A DNA stretch of 64,000 nt from an uncultured Candidatus Saccharibacteria bacterium (lineage in GTDB: Bacteria; Patescibacteriota; UBA1384; DTJR01): contig CAZAOT010000001.1 of NCBI GenBank assembly GCA_964487045.1, positions 151,863 through 215,862 on the forward strand, read 5' to 3'. The notes under the pieces were generated by a model. The model searched no databases, had not been told where the DNA came from, and saw nothing but the letters and a program-made list of their open reading frames with translations. Shown piece by piece: positions 28,909-37,585 of the stretch (the stretch's first letter is position 1; each line of letters opens with the position of its first letter). The translations under genes and the position numbers were made by a program.

Positions 28909-29160
28909 TGAAAATACTCAAGCAAATTGCTTGAGTTTTTTCATAACTTGGGAAAAGGACTCGATACCTGAGTGCGCAATGCGACGTTCATATAAAAAAC
29001 TATTGTCGCATAGGTTTCCTGCCCGAGGAGCCAAAAGAAAACAGATCACGTAAGTGGTCTTTTTTCTTTTGATTTTTGGGAAAAGGACTCGAACCAGATG
29101 CGAAGTCCTGCTTGCCACTCCGTAGCTTAATAGCGAAGGGTGGCCCGAGGAGCCATGAAA
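28909..29160 (+). repeat. two further tandem copies of the tRNA 3' end (CCTGCCCGAGGAGCCA at 29018 and 29143), each preceded by an inverted T-arm copy and hairpins
   Basis: The unit is TGGGAAAAGGACTCGA(T/A)..., where GGACTCGAACC is the reverse complement of the T-arm GGTTCGAGTCC. GAGCCATGAAAATA is repeated after two copies. Hairpin terminators at 28917-28945. Confidence 0.55.
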
Positions 29161-29241
29161 ATAATTACTATTCTAACCAGTCAGTTGATTGTTTATATGG
29201 CTGGAAAATGGTATTTTATAAGTAATAAATAGATTGAATAA

Positions 29242-31485
29242 ATGGTAGATAACCTCGAGAGCAAAGAGTTCGTTATTAAGTTGCCCCAGCATACTAATTT
29301 TGAGATTAGAGTTTTTGCAGAATTTCTCAAAACTCTTTCTAAAATTTTCAAAAATATTCCTTTTGCAGTATCGCTTAACATGATTAATAAAAGGATATTT
29401 TTTACAGTTAAGGTTCCAGCCAGATATCAATCGGTTATGGAGAACCAGCTTTACGCGGTTTTTCCCAAGATCGAACTCGAAGAGATATCAAGAACTTTTG
29501 ATCCTCAGAACGCTGAAGTTGCGGCTCAGGCTGATCTACGACTGCGATATGGCGACCATTATCCTTTTCAGACGTTTGAGAGCTTGGAGGGGTCGTTTCT
29601 ATCTGACATCTACAACCAGTTTAACAGGCTTACTGCTCAGGAAAAATTCTTTATGCAGCTTAAGATCAAGCCTCTAGATCAAGACAAGGCAATTTTTACG
29701 CTGAAACGTTCAGTTGACTTAAATGTTAAAAACTTCAGGCAGAGGCTAAATGTCGTCGAAGGAATATTTTCCAAAAAGGCTTCTCCAGAGATTCGGGCGA
29801 GGGGAATGTCGGCTGCACAGGAGAAAAATCGCCAGCCACTTTATTTGACCGAGATTGATATCTTATTGTTTTCAGAAAGTTATGAACTAGCTGCAGCAAA
29901 GTTGGAGCCTATTGCTCAAGTTTTCCAGAAACTAGAGAGTGAGTACAACGAATTTAAATACAAAATTAGGACTGTTTCAGTTGCCGATTTTGATCGAATT
30001 ACCTCACTGGAAATTCCAGCAACTGCTTTTCATATGAGCTCAGACGAAGTATCTACGATTTATCATTTTCCACCAGACTCTGACTCGGTTCCAAACCTTT
30101 ATAAAATTCTTTCCCCTAAAGCTGAGCCACCGCTTGGACTTCCGACTGTGGATAACACATCGGCTGATGAGCTTTGTCCCTTTGCTCAAACCAACTATCG
30201 TAACATCAAGGAAAGTTTTGGTATCAAGCGCCGGGATCGACAAAGACATATGTATATCATTGGTAAGTCTGGAGTTGGTAAGTCTAAACTTCAAGAATTA
30301 ATTATCAAAAATGATATCGAAAAAGGTCATGGTATTTGCGTAATTGACCCTCACGGAGACCTGATCGAAAACATTATTCCATTTATTCCGGAAAACAGAA
30401 TTAAAGACGTAATTTTCTTTAATCCAGTTGACGAAGCTTTTCCAATTTCTTTCAACCCGATTGAAAAAGTAAACCCACTTCTTCGTCAGCAGGTTGCCAC
30501 TGGGCTTATAGAAATTTTTAAGAAAGTCTTCGGAGCGAACTGGACACCAAGGCTTGAGCACGTTCTTCGTATGACCCTGCTTGCCCTTCTCGATGCCCCA
30601 AAGGCTTCGATTATGAGCGTTCTTCTTCTTCTAACCGATAGAGAATATAGGCAGGAAGTTATTAAAAGTATTGAGGACCAAGTGGTTAAGAACTTCTGGA
30701 CAAATGAATTTGCTGGTTGGAGCGAGAAGTTCGACTCGGAAGCAATCATGCCTATCCTAAACAAAATCGGTCAATTTGTTTCAAACACTATTATTCGTAA
30801 CATTGTCGGTCAGGAAGATAATAAGATTGTAATGCCTGACATTATGGATAATCGCAAAATTTTACTTGTTAAGCTGCCAAAAGGTATTCTGGGCGAAGAG
30901 AACACTTCACTGCTTGGATCTATGATTATTACTAAGATTTATCAGGCGGCCTTGGCCAGAGCTGATGTGCCTGAGAATCAGCGTGTACCTTTCTACCTAT
31001 ATGTGGACGAGTTCCAAAATTTCGCAACTGATTCTTTTGCCAACATCCTCTCTGAAGCCCGAAAATATAAATTATCGCTTACTATGGCGCATCAATATGT
31101 CTCGCAGCTAAACGATGTAGTTAAGAAAACGGTTTTTGGTAATGTCGGATCGATTTTGTCGTTTAGAATTGGTCCGGAAGATGCACTTTTGATGGAGAAA
31201 GAATTTGAGCCGAACTTTACTGCTCAAGATATTGTAAACCTTGGTGTCCGTGAAATTTATTTGAAACTTTCCATCGACGATGAAGTAAAAGAATCATTCT
31301 CGGCAAAAACCTTGGCAGTTCCAGAGCCTACTTTCAATTTCAGGGAACAAATAGTACAATTCTCGCGTGAAAACTATTGTCGAAATAAGGAAGTAGCGGA
31401 GAAAGAATTGAAGCAAGAGAAATCAAAAGAAATGGAAGTTCTCGAAAAGCTCAAGGAAGAAAATTTCTCTGCACCGATTTTGTAA
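29242..31485 (+). CDS. soluble P-loop ATPase of the TrwB/TraD/VirD4 (type IV coupling protein, AAA10/TraG-D_C-like) superfamily; no TM segments
   Basis: MYIIGKSGVGKSKLQELI...GHGICVIDPHGDLIEN...DVIFFNPVD parallels the T4CP Walker A / 'VIDPxGD' / 'NPxD' block. Later YLYVDEFQNF is a Walker B-like motif, then LTMAHQ. The N-terminal ~330 aa is of unknown fold. Confidence 0.5.
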   Translation: MVDNLESKEFVIKLPQHTNFEIRVFAEFLKTLSKIFKNIPFAVSLNMINKRIFFTVKVPARYQSVMENQLYAVFPKIELEEISRTFDPQNAEVAAQADLRLRYGDHYPFQTFESLEGSFLSDIYNQFNRLTAQEKFFMQLKIKPLDQDKAIFTLKRSVDLNVKNFRQRLNVVEGIFSKKASPEIRARGMSAAQEKNRQPLYLTEIDILLFSESYELAAAKLEPIAQVFQKLESEYNEFKYKIRTVSVADFDRITSLEIPATAFHMSSDEVSTIYHFPPDSDSVPNLYKILSPKAEPPLGLPTVDNTSADELCPFAQTNYRNIKESFGIKRRDRQRHMYIIGKSGVGKSKLQELIIKNDIEKGHGICVIDPHGDLIENIIPFIPENRIKDVIFFNPVDEAFPISFNPIEKVNPLLRQQVATGLIEIFKKVFGANWTPRLEHVLRMTLLALLDAPKASIMSVLLLLTDREYRQEVIKSIEDQVVKNFWTNEFAGWSEKFDSEAIMPILNKIGQFVSNTIIRNIVGQEDNKIVMPDIMDNRKILLVKLPKGILGEENTSLLGSMIITKIYQAALARADVPENQRVPFYLYVDEFQNFATDSFANILSEARKYKLSLTMAHQYVSQLNDVVKKTVFGNVGSILSFRIGPEDALLMEKEFEPNFTAQDIVNLGVREIYLKLSIDDEVKESFSAKTLAVPEPTFNFREQIVQFSRENYCRNKEVAEKELKQEKSKEMEVLEKLKEENFSAPIL

Positions 31486-31502
31486 TAATATATGGAGTAT
31501 AA

Positions 31503-33224
31503 ATGGCACAAGATATAACTTGCAAACAATGTCAGGCTAGATTTGAAGCTACCGACGATGATATCGCGTTTTTGGATAAAATTTCCCCCGTGCTTGATGG
31601 AAAAAAGTATCTGATTTCTACGCCAAAACTTTGTCATGAGTGTAGGCAAATTCGCCGCTATTCATGGAGAAATGAAAGACACCTTTATAAAAGAACTTGT
31701 GATCTTACCGGCGAGCCTATTATTTCGATCTTCTCACCGGATAAGCCATTCAAGGTTTATTCAAACAAAGCTTTTCAGTCAGATGGATGGGATCCACTCG
31801 AATATGGTCGCGAATTTGATTTTAATAGGCCATTTTTTGAGCAATTTAGAGAGCTTCTGGAAGCTGTTCCACGCCAAGCCAATAGCTCAATTTTTAATGA
31901 GAATTGTGATTATTGTAATCAGGCATGGCACTCAAAAGATTCGTACATGTCCTTCAATCTAGGATATGGAGAAAGATGTTTTTACTCAAATGAATCTTTC
32001 TATGTGAAAGATTGTGTCGATACCTTTGATATCAGGCATTGTGAATTTTCTTACTCACTATACGATTGTGATAATTGCAATTCGTGTTCATTTCTTGAAA
32101 ACTGCAAAGATTGCTCAGAGAGTCATTTTTCTTATGACTCGGCTGGTTGTCAAAACATAATTCTGTCGAATGGTCTAAAAAATAAGCAATATTACATTCG
32201 AAACGAAAGTTTTTCCAAGGAAGATTACTTTGAGAAGCTGAAAGAATTAAAAATGTACACCCACTCTGGTCAAGCCGAACTTAAAAAAGAATATGAAGAG
32301 TTAAAGAAAAATGCGATTCACCGGGCAAATCATAATTTGAAGAGTGAAAATTGTACCGGTGACTACATAATCGAATCAAAAAATTGCAGGCAGTGTTTTA
32401 ATATCTTTAAGAGCGAAAACTGTGTGAGAATAGGAAATATCGATGATGCTGGTAGAGACTCAAGAGATATGAATTACACTGCCGAGATGGAACTATGCTA
32501 TGAAGGAGCTTCAATCGCTGGTTACAAAAATATCTTCGGTGTGTTTATGGCATATGGAGAAAATAATTATTACTGCAACTTCTGCGAATACTGCAAAAAT
32601 TGTTTCGGATGTGTCGGTTTGAGGCGAAAAGAGTACTGCATTTTTAATAAGCAATATACCAAAGAAGAATACGAGCAATTATTCGCTAAAATAATTGAAA
32701 AAATGCAAGAAACGGGTGAGTGGGGCGAATTTTTTCCTATCTCAATATCCCAAGTAGCTTACAACGAATCAGTCGCTCAAGATTATGCTCCAAAAACCAA
32801 AGAGGAGGTAGAAGCTATAGGCGGTTATTGGCAAGACAACTTCTACGAGAGTGAATTTACTGGGGAAACTTACGAGCCCAAGGACGATATACATGAATAC
32901 ACAAACAATGAGGAAGAGACCAAGAAGCTACTTGCTGGGGTAATTAAATGTGAGAAGTCTGGCAAACCATTTAAAATTTTGCCACAAGAATTTTTATTTT
33001 ATATCAAGAACAACATTCCAATTCCAACGGTTCATTATAGTGAAAGATTCAAGGAATTATTCAGACTGAGAAACCCACGAAAACTTTTCGAGCGACAATG
33101 CGATTGCGATCGTAATGGACATGGTCATGAAAGCCGCTGTCCGAACAAATTCGAAACGACCTATTCTCCAGATAGGGAGGAACAGGTATACTGTGAGCAG
33201 TGTTACCAAGCGAGCATTTTATAA
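31503..33224 (+). CDS. Cys-rich protein, paralog A (573 aa; N- and C-terminal zinc-ribbon-like modules, two internal C-x2-C repeat halves)
   Basis: 17 nt after the ATPase stop. About 40 Cys. N-terminal CKQC..(27)..CHEC. The motif YCNFCEYCKNCFGCVGLRRKEYCIFNKQYTKEEY. C-terminal C..C/H..C..C cluster. Confidence 0.7.
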   Translation: MAQDITCKQCQARFEATDDDIAFLDKISPVLDGKKYLISTPKLCHECRQIRRYSWRNERHLYKRTCDLTGEPIISIFSPDKPFKVYSNKAFQSDGWDPLEYGREFDFNRPFFEQFRELLEAVPRQANSSIFNENCDYCNQAWHSKDSYMSFNLGYGERCFYSNESFYVKDCVDTFDIRHCEFSYSLYDCDNCNSCSFLENCKDCSESHFSYDSAGCQNIILSNGLKNKQYYIRNESFSKEDYFEKLKELKMYTHSGQAELKKEYEELKKNAIHRANHNLKSENCTGDYIIESKNCRQCFNIFKSENCVRIGNIDDAGRDSRDMNYTAEMELCYEGASIAGYKNIFGVFMAYGENNYYCNFCEYCKNCFGCVGLRRKEYCIFNKQYTKEEYEQLFAKIIEKMQETGEWGEFFPISISQVAYNESVAQDYAPKTKEEVEAIGGYWQDNFYESEFTGETYEPKDDIHEYTNNEEETKKLLAGVIKCEKSGKPFKILPQEFLFYIKNNIPIPTVHYSERFKELFRLRNPRKLFERQCDCDRNGHGHESRCPNKFETTYSPDREEQVYCEQCYQASIL

Positions 33225-33241
33225 TATAGCTAGGAGTTGAG

Positions 33242-34960
33242 GTGGAAAACAAAACGTGTAAGCAATGCAGCGCTGATTTCGTGGTAGTGGATGAGGATCT
33301 TGAATTCTACAAAAAAATGTCCCCGACATTTAATGGAAAAGTCTATGATTTACCGGCTCCCGATTTTTGTCCTGATTGCCGAGATAGTCGAAGGTTGTCA
33401 TTTAGAAACGAGAGATCGCTTTATAACCGCAAATGTGACAAGACAGGAAAGCAAATAGTATCTATCTATTCTCCTGATAAAACCGATTATAAAGTTTTTG
33501 AAATTGCCGAGTGGTATAAGGATGACTGGGACGCCATGGAGTACGGTCGCGACTTTGACTTTAATAAACCATTTTTTGAACAATTCGATCAGTTGATGAA
33601 AGATGTCCCTAGACTTTCTTTATTCAATACAAATACCGAAAATTGCGAATATGCGAATTTTGTTGAGGGTGTTAAGAATTGCTATATGACAATGGTGACA
33701 TACTATGGCACAGAAAATTCACATTTTTGCTACAGAACCTACCGCTCAAAAGATAATTTAGACATCAATTTTGCCGAAGAACTGCAGAAGTGTTATGAGT
33801 GTGTGTTTACTACAAAGTCGTATAATTGCCGATACGGAATTAGATTAAATAATTGCCGGGATTGTGCTTTTTCAGTTGATCTAACAGGATGCAATGACTG
33901 CTTCATGTGTTCCAATCTAAGCAGGAAACAATACTGCATTAGGAATAATCAACTGACAAGAGAAGAGTATGATCGACAAATGGCCGAATACGATCTAGGA
34001 TCATTTGAAACTGTTGAAAAATTAAAAAATGAATTTGAACAATTGAGAATTGATTCGCCGGTTAAGTTTGCAAACCTGACAAACTGTGAAGACTGTATCG
34101 GTGACGATATGCATGACTGTAAAAATGTGAAGTATGGCTTTAATACTTTCGAGTCTGAGAACTGCAAATATATTATGGGCGAGAAGGCAAAGAATGTGAT
34201 GGATAGCCGAGGAGGAGGGTATGAATGGTGCTATGAATGCAACCATACTGGACTAGGGGCAAATCATATTATGTTCGCAAGCGGAGTAATCGGCGGCTAC
34301 AACATGACCTATTGCGAGACCTGCCATGGTTGCCATGATTGCTTTGGCTGTGTGGGACTTAGAAAGAAAGAATACTGCATTTTTAACAAGCAATATACTA
34401 AAGAGGAATACGAAAAAAAGGTTGCTGAAATTATTGAAAAAATGCAAGCAGATGGCGAGTGGGGACAGTTTTTCCCAAATGGTACCAGCCCCTTCGGCTA
34501 CAACGAAACAATCGGAAACAGACTTTTACCGCTAACTCGCGAAGAAGCCATTAAGCGTGGTTTTAAGTGGCAAGAAAAAGAATTTGATATTGAATTCAGT
34601 GGGGAATTTTATACTCCAGCGGATAATATAGCCGATTATGCTGATGAATCAAAACAAAAAGAACTTCTTACTGCCGTGTTAAAATGTTCAGATTCAGGCA
34701 AGCCATACAGGATAATGCCGCAAGAACTAGCTTTTTATCTAGACAATAAAATTCCTGTTCCGAGAAAGCATTTTGAAACGAGATATGGCGATCGTCTAAA
34801 ATTAGAGTTTGTTCGAAAAATTCATGATAGGCAGTGTATGTGCGAGGAGCCGGGGCATGGTCATGAGGGCAGATGTCAGGAAAAATTTGGAACAACTTAT
34901 GGACCTGATAGACCGGATAAGGTGTACTGCGAGAAGTGTTATCAAAGTATTGTTAAATAA
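33242..34960 (+). CDS. Cys-rich protein, paralog B (572 aa)
   Basis: Collinear with A and C: CKQC..CPDC, RNERSLYNRKCDKTG, YCETCHGCHDCFGCVGLRKKEYCIFNKQYTKEEY, C-terminal HGHEGRC..YCEKCYQ. Confidence 0.7.
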   Translation: MENKTCKQCSADFVVVDEDLEFYKKMSPTFNGKVYDLPAPDFCPDCRDSRRLSFRNERSLYNRKCDKTGKQIVSIYSPDKTDYKVFEIAEWYKDDWDAMEYGRDFDFNKPFFEQFDQLMKDVPRLSLFNTNTENCEYANFVEGVKNCYMTMVTYYGTENSHFCYRTYRSKDNLDINFAEELQKCYECVFTTKSYNCRYGIRLNNCRDCAFSVDLTGCNDCFMCSNLSRKQYCIRNNQLTREEYDRQMAEYDLGSFETVEKLKNEFEQLRIDSPVKFANLTNCEDCIGDDMHDCKNVKYGFNTFESENCKYIMGEKAKNVMDSRGGGYEWCYECNHTGLGANHIMFASGVIGGYNMTYCETCHGCHDCFGCVGLRKKEYCIFNKQYTKEEYEKKVAEIIEKMQADGEWGQFFPNGTSPFGYNETIGNRLLPLTREEAIKRGFKWQEKEFDIEFSGEFYTPADNIADYADESKQKELLTAVLKCSDSGKPYRIMPQELAFYLDNKIPVPRKHFETRYGDRLKLEFVRKIHDRQCMCEEPGHGHEGRCQEKFGTTYGPDRPDKVYCEKCYQSIVK

Positions 34961-34972
34961 GGGAGTTGAAAA

Positions 34973-36673
34973 ATGTCAGAGCAGAAACATTGTAAAGTAT
35001 GTGCTAAACAATTTACAGTTGAAGATGAGGACCTAGAGTTCTACAAAAAAATGTCACCGACTTTCGCGGGCGAGACCTTTGAATGGCCAGCGCCGACTCA
35101 TTGTCCCGATTGTCGAGCGGCAAGACGCCAAGTCTGGAGGAACGAAAGACATTTATATAAAAGAAAATCCGATAAATCAGGCCGAGATATCGTATCAATT
35201 TACCCACCAGAAAGAGCTGATTACAAAGTATTTGCTATCGATGAGTGGTGGGCGGATGACTGGGATGGCACGCAATATGGAATCGACTGGGATCCAAGCA
35301 AACCCTTTTTCGAGCAATTTGAGCAGCTTCTAAAGACCGTTCCTCGCCAAGCACTCTATAACACGAAGACTGAGGCTTGTGAATTCTCAAATTACATTGC
35401 CGAATGCAAGAACTGTTATATGACGACAGTCACTTTCTATAAAACAGAGAATACACATTATTCATATTTCGCCTATCAGTCAAAAGACAATGTGGACATA
35501 AGCTTCTGTAATGAATCAGAACTGGGTTATGAGCTTGTCGATGGAAATAAATGTTTTAACTGCCGATATTCCAATCGTCTAGAGAACTGTCGAAATTGCT
35601 ACTTCTCCCAAGACCTAATTGGCTGTAGCGACTGTATCTTATGTGACAATTTGCGAAACAAGCAATACTGCATTGAGAACGAGCAGTTAACTCAAGAAGA
35701 ATATCAGAAGAGATTAAGCAAAATGAACTTCGGTTCTAAGAAATTTGTTGATGAATGCCTCGCAAAGTACGAAGCGATGCGCTCAAACAGCATTGTAAAA
35801 TTTGTAAACACAGTAAAATGCGAGAACTGCCAAGGCGACAACCTGAGAGAGTGCAAGAATGTTAAGAAAAGCTTTTCTTCGCTTAGAGTTGAAAACTCGC
35901 GTTACTGCCTTGATCAGGAAGACGGCAAGAATATCTGGGATTCGGAGGGGGGCACTTATGAGTGGGCTATTGAAGTTAACCATACTGGGTTTGGACAGAC
36001 TTTCGTAGTCAACTCGAGCGTATTTTACTGTAACTTCATGTATTACTGTGAGAGCTGTTATAGCTGTCGGGACTGCTTTGGTTGTGTGGGGCTAAGGAAT
36101 AAGCAATATCATATATTTAACAAAGAGTATTCCAAAGAGGAATATGAAAAAAAGGTTGCTGAGATAATTGCCAAAATGCAAGAAACAGGTGAGTGGGGAG
36201 AGTATTTTCCATTTTCACTTTCGCCCTTTGGCTATAACGAAACCTTGGCTTATGATCATTTCCCGAAAACCAAAGAGGAAGTATTGGCGATGGGGTGTAA
36301 ATGGCAAGAGGATGATCATTCGCTTCAATATAGTGGTCCGTTTTATGAACCAGATGATGACATAAAGGTTTATCAATCAGATGAGAATAAAGCCAATGAA
36401 CTTTTGCAGGGAATCCTGAAGTGTGAAAAAAGCGGTAAGCCGTTTAAGATTATGCCTCAAGAACTGGCATTCTATCTGAAAAGCGGAATTCCAATTCCTC
36501 GCAAGCATTATGATGTCCGGTTCTATGAGAGGTTTAATGTCAGAAACCCCAAGCACTTTTATCATAGAAAATGTATGAACGAGGGATGCGGCAATGAGTT
36601 TGAAACAACTTATGCACCGGAAAGAAGCGAAAAGGTCTATTGCGAGGAGTGTTATCAGAAGAATGTTGGCTAG
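34973..36673 (+). CDS. Cys-rich protein, paralog C (566 aa)
   Basis: Collinear with A and B: CKVC..CPDC, RNERHLYKRKSDKSG, YCESCYSCRDCFGCVGLRNKQYHIFNKEYSKEEY. Confidence 0.7.
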   Translation: MSEQKHCKVCAKQFTVEDEDLEFYKKMSPTFAGETFEWPAPTHCPDCRAARRQVWRNERHLYKRKSDKSGRDIVSIYPPERADYKVFAIDEWWADDWDGTQYGIDWDPSKPFFEQFEQLLKTVPRQALYNTKTEACEFSNYIAECKNCYMTTVTFYKTENTHYSYFAYQSKDNVDISFCNESELGYELVDGNKCFNCRYSNRLENCRNCYFSQDLIGCSDCILCDNLRNKQYCIENEQLTQEEYQKRLSKMNFGSKKFVDECLAKYEAMRSNSIVKFVNTVKCENCQGDNLRECKNVKKSFSSLRVENSRYCLDQEDGKNIWDSEGGTYEWAIEVNHTGFGQTFVVNSSVFYCNFMYYCESCYSCRDCFGCVGLRNKQYHIFNKEYSKEEYEKKVAEIIAKMQETGEWGEYFPFSLSPFGYNETLAYDHFPKTKEEVLAMGCKWQEDDHSLQYSGPFYEPDDDIKVYQSDENKANELLQGILKCEKSGKPFKIMPQELAFYLKSGIPIPRKHYDVRFYERFNVRNPKHFYHRKCMNEGCGNEFETTYAPERSEKVYCEECYQKNVG

Positions 36674-36692
36674 AAAGTTCTAAAGGCTGAAA

Positions 36693-36728
36693 AACAAACG
36701 GCTCATGAGTGAGCCGTTTGTTTTTTTT
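36693..36728 (+). terminator. strong rho-independent terminator closing the ATPase/Cys-rich operon
   Basis: AAACAAACGGCTCA-tgag-TGAGCCGTTTGTTTTTTTT. Confidence 0.7.
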
Positions 36729-36808
36729 AACTTAAACTATTTATATTTAGGCAGATTTCTGCTATTCTTTTGTGATCTTTGAAATCCAGGGAAGGGACTG
36801 AGGTAACT

Positions 36809-37270
36809 ATGCCCAAGAGGAAGCAACCGAACTTTCGCAAGGCGCTTCAGCTGATGCTTAGCTACATCTTTGAGCACCAGTTGGTGGTCAATGATGTGGT
36901 GTTTATGCTCTCGACCGATGTAATGCTCAAGAATCCTCTGATCGTGCAGACGCTTGAAGAAGCAGGGTGCATTGAGCGTCTTGGTAGGCTGTCTCTCACA
37001 ACCCAGGCCAAGTTCAACAGAGCTTACCCTGGCTGCATGAGAGCAGTTCACGACAAGGCGCTCCAGAAGTTCCCGAAGATGAAGTGCCCATGGGGACATT
37101 GGATTTGGGTCGTTAATACGACCCGTTATGACCAGATGAATCCACATCTTCTGCTGTCTCGTCCGCTCCTTGAGCAAGTCGAAAGGCTCTATGGTAAGGA
37201 CACGCAGGTTAGAGCTGTTGACGAAGAAGATCGTCCGACGGACGAGAAGCCATGGCGGGCTGAGCCGTAG
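36809..37270 (+). CDS. hypothetical protein (GC-rich island)
   Basis: 153-aa ORF, ~55% GC. The RBS-like GGGAAGGGACTGAGG precedes its ATG. The antisense ORF 36737..37177 is judged spurious. Confidence 0.4.
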   Translation: MPKRKQPNFRKALQLMLSYIFEHQLVVNDVVFMLSTDVMLKNPLIVQTLEEAGCIERLGRLSLTTQAKFNRAYPGCMRAVHDKALQKFPKMKCPWGHWIWVVNTTRYDQMNPHLLLSRPLLEQVERLYGKDTQVRAVDEEDRPTDEKPWRAEP

Positions 37271-37400
37271 AAGCTAAGAGAAGATCGCACAGGCGCCCGA
37301 AGCAAGATGCGTTGCATCATGCGCAGGGCGCCTTTCCTGTTGCAAAAATCTTAAAATAGTTTAACAATACATCTACTACGCGGGCAAAGGAGGCTCAGGC

Positions 37401-37493
37401 ATGTATTACAAGCCAGTCGTTAGCCGGACTCTCGTGCACCATGAGTGGACGGCTGCGATCCTGGACAATTTGGTCCCACCTCTGCCACCGTAG
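37401..37493 (+). CDS. possible 30-aa peptide ORF (GC-rich, strong RBS AAAGGAGG)
   Basis: ATG 8 nt after AAAGGAGG. Very weak otherwise. Confidence 0.15.
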   Translation: MYYKPVVSRTLVHHEWTAAILDNLVPPLPP

Positions 37494-37533
37494 ATGGGCC
37501 ATAGGCCCACCGGGGAGCCTTGCTCCTCAAAAA

Positions 37534-37560
37534 GGCGCCCCGTCACTGCGGCGGGGCGCC
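37534..37560. terminator. GC hairpin terminator (bidirectional)
   Basis: GGCGCCCCG-n9-CGGGGCGCC followed by TTCTCTCTTT. Confidence 0.45.
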
Positions 37561-37585
37561 TTCTCTCTTTAATCTTATCTAGTTT

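Noticed and set aside
36737-37177. 146-aa minus-strand ORF overlapping the 36809..37270 plus-strand ORF
   Set aside because: Only one can be real. The plus-strand ORF has an RBS-like purine tract and a more protein-like composition. The minus-strand product is His/Arg-rich and low-complexity. Uncertain, so the plus-strand call itself carries only 0.4 confidence.
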